64,000 bases of DNA from Amoebidium appalachense. Lineage: Eukaryota; Protista; Ichthyosporea. Within the stretch, counting starts at the first letter, position 1; each line of letters begins with the position of its first letter. Positions 1-11,596 of this stretch are shown here, piece by piece. Position numbers and translations under genes: made by a program. Location: NCBI GenBank assembly GCA_963693365.1, contig CAVNZM010000011.1, forward strand, positions 434,001-498,000, in the 5' to 3' direction. The notes beneath the pieces are model-generated. The model was not told where the DNA came from, searched no databases, and was given only the letters and a program-made list of their open reading frames with translations.

Positions 1-575
1 AAAAAACCACAGCAAACACATTTTTACAGCTATCTACAACAACTGATAAGTTATGTGCCACAACCATTATTGGCACCAACTCGTTCTAATACGCAGCTAC
101 ATGCCATCATTACTCTCGTACTGCATGCACGGGCATATGCCACTAAGCACCTATGTGCATGCCTTTCACAGAGAAGAACATTTCACATCATGGCCAACAA
201 AATGGGTAGCGCTTCCCACCTTCCCCCCGCCCCTCCCCCCCCCTCCCTCCCCCCGCCCACCCCATCCCTCCAACCCACCCGGCCACCTCCCCCCCCCCCC
301 CCCCTCCTCCACCCCACCCCATCACCACCACAGCCTGTATGCACACCCACACGCGCGAACGTACACATACAAAGAGTGCGAGGGGGAATGTAACACATAC
401 AAACACACACACGCACGTGCGCGCGACCGTGCACGCACACACAACGCGCACACGCGCGCGTACACGCACACACAGACACACACACACGTGAGCGCACACG
501 CACACACACATGCATGCAGCACACACGCACACACGCACACACACACATACACACACACGCGCGCGCGTATGCCAT

Positions 576-612
<37 letters not shown>

Positions 613-746
613 GCACGCACACACACACACACACGCACGCACGCACACCGCCATCAACCCCTATCACCCTGAATGGGGATGTATACCTGCAGTTAGAGTG
701 GCGTTGTCCTTTCCTTCCTCCCATCCAGCACTACACCTTTTGCAGA

Positions 747-999
747 TCTAGAGCGCGGGGACACACACAGAACTTCCAGTATACTCACGTGCTAGCCAAA
801 ACCTTACACCTGAACTAAAATTGTGCCTCTATTTCCAGTTCTAGTGCGCTATTACAGCCACTGCACCTAAAGATCACCAATCCGTCTGCTCAACTCGTCC
901 CTTTCACCTTGCACAGGATGTCCTGACCGTTTTCTAACATGGTCACCCAGGCCTGCACAAATCGATAATACTGTGCTCAAGCCTCCAGGGTTGTTAAAG
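747..999 (+). CDS. Candidate small exons (747-779, 918-999) of an unidentified gene that may start before the window
   Basis: Acceptors TTTTGCAG and TTGCACAG and donors GTATAC and GTATGT give phase-compatible exons reading LERGDTHRTSRCPDRFLTWSPRPAQIDNTVLKPPGLLK. No recognisable homology, so this may be chance. Confidence 0.2.
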
Positions 1000-2688
1000 G
1001 TATGTACTGCCTACTTCTTGCTCCCATAAGCTATCTATTCTTTACCTCGTGATTGTGTGCATGTTCTGCTTTTCGCCCTCCAAGAAACACGGAAACACGG
1101 CTGTGACGAAAGGAGGAAGCAAATTTAAATGATGTTGGGAGACCCTCCTCGCTCCTGTCGGCCTTCCTCGTTTGTTCCATTATCTTATCAGTCATGACAA
1201 GCTGAAGCATATCACCCTACAAAAACAGCCAGAAAAAGTCAAGAAAAAACGAACAAGGAATAGTAAAAACACCACGTATGGTTGTGTTTAGTCTCCGCAC
1301 TGAGGTTTTCAAGGAGAGGAGAAAGGCTCGACATTCATGGTTCGGTGTGCACTACAGTAGCGAGGAACGAGAGAAGGTTTAGATCGCGAATTCCTGTAAT
1401 AAAGTGCACAGGGGGTTTACGCTGTTTACTCGAGGCAAAGAGAACCAGTCTCAGGTATGGGGGGGGGGTTTTGCTCGGAATATCCCCTCAGCGGTATATC
1501 ATGATCACGTACATAGATGTCGGTGGTGAGACAAAAAAATGGGATGGTTGGGGATTTTTGAATACTTTCGCTACAATGGAAAAGGTGTAGTGCGTCGGAC
1601 TTACACAGCCCACCTCGCCAGACCCGAGAGGGTCGGCGCGGTCCTCTACGCTGTGGACCCAGCCCCGGCCGAGACCAGGGCATGGGAAGCCTCAGCCACA
1701 TCACGCTACGGTGGGTGTGCTGCGCCTCTTCATCCGCACTAGAGCAATTGTCTTGATGGTGAGATCAAGACATGGATGTAGACTATAGAAATGATCCTAT
1801 AGAGTACAGCCATTGTCGATATGATTGGCCATTCTAAACTTGCGCGGGTCATGCACATTCCACATCGGATGTGCGCCCGGTGAGTGGTGCCGTGTGCACA
1901 ATCACATGCATGTACACACACGCCACGCTTGCATGGATTGGGCACATGTGCACTGGGTTTGTAAGCTGTGTAAGTGAGATTGCATAAAACACTAATTCAC
2001 GCCACCACGACCCCGTGTGCGAACGGCCAGATAATCTCAAGTCATCACACATGACACCGTGTTACGGCAGATACGCATGCGTGGTCAATGCGCGCGGCTC
2101 TCTTCCTCCCCCCCCCCCCCCCCCCCCCCCCTAGCTAGTAGCTAGGCCTCCCCCGCCCCCGCGCCCCCCCCCCCTCCCCCTCCTTCCCCCCCTCCCCCCC
2201 CCCCCCCCCCCCCACCACCACCACCACACCACGTGCACCACCAACCGCCACCACCACCAGGTGCACCAACACGTGCACGGGGGTGGTGGTCGCCGTAAAT
2301 ATACCGCAGGGGATTTCGGGACGGGAGCTCGAGGGACGTCTGTCCACACTGTCATGATGGGGTGGACCAGGTGGGTCGGAGGATCCACCAACACTTCCTA
2401 TTATGGGTCGTGTCGTATGTGTGTAACCACACTCCCACGAATATGATTTCTTACTATTTCGCACATGTTTAATAGTACTAGGGTGGGGAAGGTGAGGCGC
2501 TGGAAGGGGGGAAAGGATGGGGGGGGGGGGGGGGGGGGGGGGGGGGATCAGCCCAGGCACTTCAAGTTGTGTACTATTTACTTTTGCTCGGAGTTGTGCA
2601 TTTGTGTGTGATTTGATCATGACGGGGTGTTCTGTGTGTGCACCCGTACGCCGGTGCGCGCTTGTGTTGTACCTTTTTTTGGTGGGGA

Positions 2689-2721
<33 letters not shown>

Positions 2722-3059
2722 GGGGGGACAAACGACATGTTGTTCAGTGGGGGGGCAGTCTTAATGGTTGGTTATAAATTAGTTGAGCTCCAGCACGTGA
2801 TAGGATGCATGCCTAATGGCCATAGTAAAATAGGCATACAGCAAGTGGCCTAACAGGCGAATGGATTTAGTTAAAACTTTATATAGTTAGTAAAATATAT
2901 ATACCACACTAAGTACTCTAAACGTGCACGCCCACTTCGTATTTCTTAATTAACATTAATCGGACTCCCCAGTGCAACCTGGTGGTCATGTCTACCCAAC
3001 CAATTAACGGCTTGAGTTTGGCCAACCACACAATATGATTAAAATTAAAAATTTAGTAT

Positions 3060-3384
3060 TTAGAGCGGGTTGATGTGTGCGCCATCACCCGGGCTGGAGA
3101 TGAATGCGCTGGGGGTGCCCAGGGTGTACGCCTTGTGCACGTGCTTGATGAAAGCATCGGCCTGGGCCCGCTCGATCAGAGTCACCGTGCAGCCGCCAAA
3201 CCCACCACCGGTCATGCGTGATCCATAGACTCCTGCACATAGTGGGTTAGCTTTAAGTCACCCATACACACTTGCAGACACATCATGCGGCATGTTAGCT
3301 TTAAGTGGGCTTCTAAGTCAACGGAGCATATCTGCTAAGTTGTGGGGCACGAGGGATGTGCTTGTAATGGTGATAGCGTGTGTA

Positions 3385-3417
<33 letters not shown>

Positions 3418-3467
3418 TGGTCATTTTGGTGGTTGTGGGTGGGTGGGTGGGGGGGAAGGGGGTAAGG

Positions 3468-3503
<36 letters not shown>

Positions 3504-4013
3504 AGGCCGGAAGGAAGGTGGGCATGTACGTGTGCACGTATGTGTTTGTGTTTTTAAGAGACGCAGTGGGGAAAAGAGGACGGGCCGGGCCCGGGGGGAG
3601 AGGGGGGGAGGGGGGGGGGGAGAAAGGAAGGAAAGGAAAGGTGTTGGTGGTGGGGGCGTCTTACCGGGAAATTTTGAAGCAATCTCGACCAGCAGGTCCA
3701 GTTCGGCCGTGCTGACGCCAAAGTCTTTGGACAGGGACCAGTGGCTATCATACATCAGCTGCCCGGCCTCCTTGTAGTGGCCGGCTGACAGCAGGTCCGC
3801 AAACTTGGTCGTGCGGGCAATTTCCCCGATCACGTGGTGGCCCCGCTGGTACACAACTGGGTCCATGGTGTCCTTAACCGCTGCATGGGGAGTATGTGAG
3901 GGGATGATTGGGGCCAGGCAGATAACGGGGTGGCAGGTGTTTCAACCATCATACACGTATCTCCCCCCCTCCCCCCCCCCTCATCCCACTTCCCTTGCGT
4001 CCTCTCTCCCCCC

Positions 4014-4044
<31 letters not shown>

Positions 4045-5509
4045 ACCCTTTCCCTGCCAGGGTGCTCTTTCTTTTGACCATGTTTATGCAAATAGCGGTG
4101 CTCCTTATCACTTGACTTATGGTTGAGTTTTTTCCTCCCTCCCCTCTCTTTCTGCCCTGGCATTGTATTCCCTCTTTTTTTTTGGGCCAGTGGGGGGAGG
4201 GGGGAGGGGGTTGGGATGGAGGGCAGGGGGGAGGGTGGGGGAGGAGGGGAGGCCAAGTGTGAGGGTGTTTGTTGGTATCTGTTCGGATAGGTGGTGGGCT
4301 ACGGGGGGAGGGGGAAGGGGGGAGGGGGGGGGGGGGGGGAGCAGGGGAGGTGCACACCATCGATCTGCTCCATTGTTGCATCGCGCAGACTCTTGACGTC
4401 AGGGAACTTGGCCGTGATGGCATCACGGGCCTCCTCCGTCTGCCGCCGACGGGTGGGGTACTCACTGTGGGCAAGGAGGGTTGGTTTCTCATTTACTGTT
4501 GGGTGTGGTGGTGGTAGGTGGTGGTGGTGTGGCCCAGGGGGGGGGGGGGGGGAGGGGGGGAAGAAAGGCTGGGTGGCTGTGGGGAAAGAGGGGGGGGGGG
4601 GGGGGGGGAAGGGGGGTTGACCATGCTCCATATACGATGGTGCACAAGTGCTCACACATGCATGCACTCAAGGGCATCCACGTGCAACATCACTTGGTAT
4701 GGGCCCACACACCTGCCGGTCAGCTTGTGCTTGACGTTAGAGTTTGTGATGACGACAGTCAGGTTGGGGTCGCTGAAGGGCACCTGCTTGGTGGTGACCG
4801 TGCGGCAGTCCAGCAGCAGCAGATGGCCCTTCTTGCCCATGCTGCTGATAGCCTGGTCCATGATCCCACACGGCATGTTGGCCCAGTCATGCTCGGCATT
4901 CTGGCATCTGCGTGCACGCTCGGCTGGATCCTGTAGTCCAATGGTTAAGGGCAAAAGTCAGCCTTTTATAGGATGACAAAGTAACAATATGGTTCGGAGT
5001 TATCGTTCTATGGAATGCATGGGAAAGGGGCATGCAATGGGGGGGGCGGGAGGGGGGGAGGGGAGGGGGCTCGAATGGCACTCAAGACGAACAACACAAC
5101 CCAAATTTTCGCAGGAAAGAGCACCACCAAGTGTATATTATCATAAGTAGAGCCCATCCGCGCGGAGGAGGGGGAGGTCCAAGGAAGAGGGAACATTTCT
5201 GCAGCAGAAGGCATGGGAGGGAACAGAATTCGAGGGCCGAAAAAGTATCTCGAAACTACAGTCCGGAGGGGCCGGAGGGGGGAACCGGGGGAGGGGGAGG
5301 AAGGGAAGGAGGATGCATGGTGAAGGGTGGTTGGGCGTGGTGCTGGTGCGGAGAGTGGGGGGCACGTACACAGGGGGTTTGCATGAGTGCCTCGACAAAG
5401 GTGTGGGTCGACACCTCCAGCGCTGCGCTGGACGACAGACCGCCCCCAATGGGCACCTGCCGGCCCACACAGGTCAGACACCGACCTAATCATCTCCCCC
5501 CCCCCCCCA

Positions 5510-5566
<57 letters not shown>

Positions 5567-6027
5567 CTCTGCATGTGATGCCATTGATAACTTTTTTGTT
5601 TTTAGGCATCAATAATCTACCCTGAGAGCAGGAGTTTAGGCTTCTAAATAAGTTGTGGTACAATCGTGACCCCCTTCCCCCTCTCCCCCCATTGCTCTCC
5701 CAAAATTAGTCCCCTGTCTCTGATGATGCAATAGAGGCAGTGGCAGGGGAAGGGGGAGGACGGGGGTAAGAAGGGCAGAGTGGGGGGGGGGGACGAGGGA
5801 GGTGGGGGGAGGGGGGGGGGGGGGGGGATGGTGGGGAGGGCTCACGTTTGAGACGATGACGGCCTCGAATCCGGGGGCCTGGCCTTTGAACTGAGCTACA
5901 ACACCAATCACATAGTCGGCCCAGTGGGGGTGGGTCGTGCCGTGCGTGGGCGCTGGGGGGGGTCGGTGTTAATGCCTTTGAAGTGGTGGCCGTGTGTGTG
6001 CGTGTGTGTGCATGCTTATGTGTGCGT

Positions 6028-6058
<31 letters not shown>

Positions 6059-6232
6059 GGGGGGGGAGGCAAAGGTGTTGGTGGTGAGGGGGGATGGGCT
6101 CGGAGGACAGGGTGGGGAGGGGAAGGGGGGAGGAGGGGGGGGAGACTCAAGGTGAAGCTGTAAAGACGGTTTATGCCTCGGACGTAGCAAAACGACCTTT
6201 TTAAAGATAATATAACATGGGAGCGGTACCGG

Positions 6233-6263
<31 letters not shown>

Positions 6264-6838
6264 GGGGGGGGGGGGGGGGGGGGAGGGGGGGGGAGGGGGG
6301 GTACCTAGGTCGTTGTTTGTAAAGACGTACTTGGCCTCGTCCTCGGGCATGTTTGATGCCACAAACGTGTACACGTGGTCCTCCGTGGGCCGACCAAGAA
6401 TCATCGTGCGCTGCTCAAGTGCCTGTTGGTGCACAGGTGAGTGGGATGTGTGTGTTTGGAAGAGGGTTAAACGGTGTAGGTGTTGCAGAATGAGGTAAAC
6501 GGGGAAGGCGAGAGGGTCCCATAATGTTGGCAAGAGTGAGAGATCTGAAGAGGGTAGAGGTGGGTGCTATGCTATAATTTCTCAGCAGCAACAAGAGGAT
6601 GCAAAATTGGCTGTGGGATCAAGAAGACACGAACGAAGGGAGGTACACGCGTGTGGAGGCACATTGGCACAACCCCGTATGGGCTTGCGAGCAGGTGTAT
6701 TGGGTTTAGAGCAGCACGTGGGGTAATGGTAATAAGAGCAAGCGGCCGCCTCGGGGGAGTGGGGGTGGGAGGGGGGTTGCATGTTGTTTAGGAGGTAAGA
6801 GGGTAAGGGAATAAGAGAAGAGCAGGGGGCTGAGTGGT

Positions 6839-6873
<35 letters not shown>

Positions 6874-7515
6874 GGGAGATTAGTACTCAAAACGTCAGCA
6901 GAGCCCATCGTCGAGCGAGGGGAGGAGGGGAGGGGGGAGCAAAGGGGGGGGGCGGGGGGGGGCTTGGGGAAGCAATCCGCAGTTCGCAAAGGGGAAGGAG
7001 AATGAGAGGTTAGGGGTGTGCAGGCAGTACCATGGGCAGGACGAAGCCATCGCAGTAGTCCACGTGCTCACCGATAATGTTCACACGGCCCGGTGCAGAT
7101 GCTGCGTGAGTGGGGGTGCCGCTGAAGTGGCGGGCATAGACCTCCTTGGCCTGCTTAAGCAGCTCGGCTTCAGTGCTGTGAAGGTGGAGGGAGGGTGAGT
7201 GGTTGGTTGGTTGGTTGGTATAGTGCCAGTACAGATGCGCTCGGCCATGCGGTGTGCCCAGGCTCATACGTGTTTCTGCGCCGTGTTATTTGTAGACTAA
7301 AACAGGGACTCGCTGCAACAGAACCGAAAACAAGGCTGGGTGCGAGCAGCTTCTCGGGAAGGGCAGCCCCAAAGCATGCCAGCCGCAGTGCACGATTGCT
7401 GAACATGGTGGTTGGCAAAAGCAGGTGTGGAGTCCCCTGTCTACACAGACGCCTAATAGACAGTGCTTACGCAACAAGCGCCATGGGGAAACTCCACTTA
7501 CCTGGCGACGTGCAT
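3060..7515 (-). CDS. GALK1: Galactokinase (GHMP kinase), 9 exons, ~394 aa
   Basis: Exons 7515-7502, 7175-7031, 6422-6305, 5952-5846, 5456-5370, 4930-4713, 4464-4358, 3880-3665 and 3232-3060 are all GT-AG and phase-consistent (1185 nt). Motifs: [22 protein letters not shown] (galactose binding), [11 protein letters not shown] (GHMP ATP loop), [18 protein letters not shown]. Start context ccaacATG. Confidence 0.95.
5070..5160 (-). mobile_element. Diverged copy of the ~100-bp poly(C)-embedded repeat family (galactokinase intron)
   Basis: Colinear blocks GAATG..AAGACGAACAACACAA..AAGTGTATATTATCATAAGTAGAGCCCATCC align by eye to 13975-14080 (GAATG..AAGTACGAAGTACACAA..AAGAGTATGCATAATAAGCAGAGCCCATCC). 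Both flanks are G-rich. Confidence 0.5.
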
Positions 7516-8027
7516 GTTGGCGGTTGGTAAATCTAAACACAACTCAAAAGTGCACAGTATAAGGGAAAAGGTGTATGAAAAAAGCGATGAAGCAACTCCA
7601 ACAGAAAGGGGAAAAAAAAGGACCTGTTTATATACGTTGTGAGCCCCAGTCCCCTGGCTTCTATTGGCTGACGTAAATCGCCCAATTATATGAGGAAGCT
7701 ATCTTCCACAAATGGTGATATACATAAAGATACGATTGGATAACCACGCACCCTGGCCACGCATGTTAAATCTAGCCATTTATGGTAATCAAGCACATTC
7801 CTGCAAACTAGAGGAGCCTATCAGCTCTGCTGAACTGCTTGAGCCACATCCCCTCAAACTATGGGGCCCGACTACGTACAGTATTCAAATGAAAAAGCAA
7901 ATGAAAGTCATATAGGTAGGAGCATAAAGTTTGACATAAGCTCAATCAGTATTACAACAAAATAGGTTAATAAAACACATTGCATGTACAAAGTTGGCTG
8001 ACACAAAACCGCAGATACCCATAAGAG

Positions 8028-8333
8028 TGTAACTTAGAGGTTTCTCTGTGAGACTTTATTATTTGCTGACTTACATTGACTGGCCCACCGGGACCTTTAT
8101 ATACTTGTGGTCTGGCTCACTGGAATGTTACATACTATTCCCGATTGGTCTACCCGCCGCTATGGATCTAGTCGCTACCAATCAGAACACTCCAACAGAA
8201 TCTTCTAGACTCCTCTAGATCTATCCTGATCTATCGTGAACCTATCCACCAGTTTATCCCGAATATCTCGAATATTCCCGATCACTAGTGCTACGCTAAC
8301 GCAGGGCATACCGGATGGCTATCCTGTTCGACA
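8028..8333 (-). repeat. 3' LTR of copia element
   Basis: TG...CA ends. Minus strand carries TATATAA and AATAAA. Matches 11291-11596 at 304/306 positions by eye. Confidence 0.95.
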
Positions 8334-8466
8334 CCCCCACTTGCACTGTGTTCTATCTATCTACCGCATGCAACCTAAACCTAAGATGCAACTCTAAAAC
8401 TATGCTACTATACTAACACATATAACACCTACTACACGAACATTAACACTACACTAATTGTAGTTC

Positions 8467-8632
8467 TTACTCAGCCATGCCGATGGCCTGCCGATGCTGC
8501 ACTAACTTAAGTCTCCCTAAAGCTTTGGTGCACATGTCGGCCACGTTACTGTTCGTGCTGCAATACACAAGTTCTACATCCCCATTCTCCACACACTCAC
8601 GGGTGTAGTGGTACTGAACGTCGATGTGTTTG
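8467..8632 (-). pseudogene. Out-of-frame C-terminal remnant of copia RNase H
   Basis: Reads KHIDVQYHYTRECVENGDVELVYCSTNSNVADMCTKALGRLKLVQHRQAIGMAE*, containing the copia KHID and ADxxTK motifs, in a different frame from the 889-aa ORF. Confidence 0.9.
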
Positions 8633-11243
8633 ATGCTGGCCTGGAGATTGCTTCTTCCAGTGTCACAGGGTCATCCTCATTGCTATCAGCACTCTCAATT
8701 GCCATGCTGATACTGTCGCGGTACTCTACTACACCTGCGTTGATGCCGTAGGTCCCACCGCGCCTTGTAGTCATGGACGGATAGGCACTTCTGGTTGCAA
8801 CCTGCAACTCTGCACTATCTTCCTCGTCTCCTGACCCTGCCGCGTCCGAATCGCCGCTGTCCTCGCCCGCGCCGTCGCCGATAGCATCTGAATCATATCC
8901 ACTGTCAGTGCCGATTGCAGGCTTCCGAAAGGAATGTTGCTTCTTGACGCTGATTGGATTCCTCGATTCCATGCTCTGCTGATTTCCGATTGGCTTATGC
9001 ATCAGCAATTCCATTGGCTCATCTTGCACCACCGGAATACCGGCCTTTGGGGTGCATGATTCATCGATCACCACATCTCGCCCGACGATAGTCTTGCGCG
9101 CCTCGGTGTCCCACAACAAGTACGTCTTGCTGTCACCTGTGTAGCCGACGAATTTACACTCCCGACTCTTGGCGTCTAGCTTCCTGCGCTCGTCCTTCGG
9201 CACATGGACAAATGCCTTGCTACCAAATACACGTAGATGGCTAACATCGGGCTTCTCTCCATACCATGCCTCCCAAGGTGTCATGCCACCCAGTACTGTG
9301 GTTGGCGTCAGGTTCTTGATGTACACAGCTGCCTGTACTGCCAGCTGCCAGAACCCCATACTCATGCCTGCTGACTGCAGCATGCAGCGCGCCGTCTCGA
9401 CAATGGTCCTGTTAGCCCTCTCTGCTACACCATTCTGCTCTGGTGTGTAAGGGACTGTCGCCTCATGTTCAATGCCGCACGCTTCCAGGAACGACTTGAA
9501 CTCAGTGGAGGTGTACTCACCCCCGTTGTCGGAACGCAGAATCTTGATGCTGGCACCGTGTTGCTTCTCTACGTGTGCCTTGTACTTCTTGAAGTAAGTA
9601 TGCACTTGGGATTTATGTTTCATGAAGTACACCGTAGTGAACCTTGTCTTGTCGTCGATGAAGGTGACATAATACTTGGAACCTTGCAGCGACTCCTTGT
9701 TGAACGGTCCTGCCACATCAGAATGAACTCTGTCGAGCTTCGCTGGCGCTGTCTTGCGGGGTAGCTTACTGAAAGAGAGCCGGGCTTGCTTCCCTCTCGC
9801 GCATCCCTCGCACACACCGTCATCCTGGGTTTTGCAGTCGATGCACAGACCCTCGACGATGTTTTCTTTAACCATCTTCTGTAGCGTGTTTATTGCCACA
9901 TGACCAAACCGCCGGTGCCATAAACTGGCGCTGCCCTTTACCGGCTCACACACGGTGTTACCCCCACTGCTGCCGACTGCAGTGGTCACCATGTTCACGC
10001 TCTCACATACGGGTTTCACTAGGAGACGATACAGGCCTCCCTCCACTACCCCACGGGCCACAACTTGGCCATCTGTGGCACTCTCAATCGTACACTGTCG
10101 ACCGGTGGTGATGCCTCTTAACCCGTGCTTGCCGGCGCTTGAAGCCGACATCACGTTAGTTCCAAATGCTGGCACGTACAGCACATTCTGCAGTCTAAAT
10201 GTCATGCTGTTGCCCTGGAACTCACTTGTTAATCTTACGACGCCTATTCCTAGCGCCATCACACCCGGGGTGTTACCCAGAGCGACGGGTTTGGGTGTGA
10301 TCGACCGGAAGTCTTCCATCCAGTCCTTTCGGCATGTGACATGGGAGGTTGCGCCGCAGTCCCAATACCACTCAGTTGAAGAAGGGAGTCCGCTGTTTAC
10401 CGCCATGGCGAGTATCTCCTTGGAAGCTCCGTTCTGCTTCGCCTTGTCGCCGCGATTGCCGCCCTTCTTCTTCTTTGGACACTGTGACTTGTAGTGCCCA
10501 AACTTGTGACATTTGTAACACTCCACCTTGGATATGTCAGTCAAGCGCGGCTTGCCGGTGTCCTGTCGTGGCGTACCGCCGCGCCATTGGGTGCTGGTCA
10601 TCATCACCCGCTGCTGTTCCCTTGCAGCCTCGTTCTCCTCAAAACCACGCAGCTTGGCGATTATCTTTTCCATTGTCTTCTCAGCTGCTGGTAAAGCTTG
10701 AATGGTCCTAACGTCGGTGCGGAATCGGTCGTCAGCGCCTACACCGTCCAGGAATTTCTCGGCAACCATGTCCTCACTAACTCCATTGGGATCGATATGA
10801 AGAAGATCCTGCACAATGCACTCCAGGCGGGCCGCATACTCCAGCACGCTTTCCGTCGGCATCATATCAGCACGCCAGAACTGTTGAATCAACATTCTCT
10901 TGTGCTCATCTGTGTTGCGCGCAGCGTATGATGCTACCATATCCCATATGTCCTTGGGATTTCCTACGGCAATAGCTCGCCGACACAGGCTTGCAGGTAC
11001 ATCACCTAGTGTCTCCACCAGGTAGGAAGTCGCCTTCTTCTGATCCAAGGGGTCGATCTCCACCGGAGGTTGCTCCACCGGTTCGCCGTCCTCTCCTATC
11101 ACTTCAGGAGCCACGTCTTCAATCGTGTACCATAATTCCTCGCCCTCGAGGAAGCACTTCATGCGCATGGCCCACATTGAGTAGGAGATTTTGCCCTTGC
11201 CTTCTCCTTCATACATGGGAACTGGACATTTTGCTCTTCCCAT
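8574..11243 (-). CDS. Copia Gag-protease-integrase polyprotein, truncated before RT (889 aa)
   Basis: Gag (YSMWAMRMKCFL), zinc knuckle CYKCHKFGHYKSQC, protease WYWDCGATSH, HHCC (LWHRRFGH..CEGC), integrase D-D-E (HSDVAGP, RSDNGGEY, NGVAERANR) and RRKLD motif. It ends just after DPVTLEEAISRP, where RT would begin. Confidence 0.95.
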   Translation of the reverse strand: MGRAKCPVPMYEGEGKGKISYSMWAMRMKCFLEGEELWYTIEDVAPEVIGEDGEPVEQPPVEIDPLDQKKATSYLVETLGDVPASLCRRAIAVGNPKDIWDMVASYAARNTDEHKRMLIQQFWRADMMPTESVLEYAARLECIVQDLLHIDPNGVSEDMVAEKFLDGVGADDRFRTDVRTIQALPAAEKTMEKIIAKLRGFEENEAAREQQRVMMTSTQWRGGTPRQDTGKPRLTDISKVECYKCHKFGHYKSQCPKKKKGGNRGDKAKQNGASKEILAMAVNSGLPSSTEWYWDCGATSHVTCRKDWMEDFRSITPKPVALGNTPGVMALGIGVVRLTSEFQGNSMTFRLQNVLYVPAFGTNVMSASSAGKHGLRGITTGRQCTIESATDGQVVARGVVEGGLYRLLVKPVCESVNMVTTAVGSSGGNTVCEPVKGSASLWHRRFGHVAINTLQKMVKENIVEGLCIDCKTQDDGVCEGCARGKQARLSFSKLPRKTAPAKLDRVHSDVAGPFNKESLQGSKYYVTFIDDKTRFTTVYFMKHKSQVHTYFKKYKAHVEKQHGASIKILRSDNGGEYTSTEFKSFLEACGIEHEATVPYTPEQNGVAERANRTIVETARCMLQSAGMSMGFWQLAVQAAVYIKNLTPTTVLGGMTPWEAWYGEKPDVSHLRVFGSKAFVHVPKDERRKLDAKSRECKFVGYTGDSKTYLLWDTEARKTIVGRDVVIDESCTPKAGIPVVQDEPMELLMHKPIGNQQSMESRNPISVKKQHSFRKPAIGTDSGYDSDAIGDGAGEDSGDSDAAGSGDEEDSAELQVATRSAYPSMTTRRGGTYGINAGVVEYRDSISMAIESADSNEDDPVTLEEAISRPASNTSTFSTTTPVSVWRMGM

Positions 11244-11277
11244 CTTGTCTCAACAGTCGCTTGATCGTAGCGTTGCA

Positions 11278-11291
11278 CTGGGCCCATAACC
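11278..11291 (-). other. Primer-binding site complementary to the anticodon arm of initiator tRNA-Met
   Basis: Minus strand reads GGTTATGGGCCCAG directly after the 5' LTR. This is the half-tRNAiMet priming type known from Drosophila copia and yeast Ty5. Confidence 0.85.
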
Positions 11292-11596
11292 GTAACTTAG
11301 AGGTTTCTCTGTGAGACTTTATTATTTGCTGACTTACATTGACTGGCCCACCGGGACCTTTATATACTTGTGGTCTGGCTCACTGGAATGTTACATACTA
11401 TTCCCGATTGGTCTACCCGCCGCTATGGATCTAGTCGCTACCAATCAGAACACTCCAACAAAATCTTCTAGACTCCTCTAGATCTATCCTGATCTATCGT
11501 GAACCTATCCACCAGTTTATCCCGAATATCTCGAATATTCCCGATCACTAGTGCTACGCTAACGCAGGGCATACCGGATGGCTATCCTGTTCGACA
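11291..11596 (-). repeat. 5' LTR of copia element
   Basis: Near-identical to 8028-8333. Its inner end reads CG rather than CA and overlaps the PBS. Confidence 0.95.

Larger units (their letters stand above)
8028..11596 (-). mobile_element. Ty1/copia LTR retrotransposon, internally deleted (no RT), 3569 bp
   Basis: Two 306-bp LTRs (8028-8333, 11291-11596). 5-bp TSD AAGAG at 8023-8027 and 11597-11601. PBS GGTTATGGGCCCAG follows the 5' LTR and polypurine tract AGTGGGGG precedes the 3' LTR. Domain order is gag-PR-IN. Confidence 0.97.

Noticed and set aside
1282-1742. Short ORFs at 1282-1590 and 1539-1742
   Set aside because: No recognisable motif or splice-consistent model.
9169-10931. Plus-strand ORFs inside the copia element, and the similar antisense ORFs at 37790-38227 and 52434-53108
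   Set aside because: They are antisense shadows of real minus-strand coding sequence and carry no independent motifs.
11278-11291. tRNA-Met gene
   Set aside because: Only a 14-nt match with no cloverleaf. It is the retrotransposon PBS.
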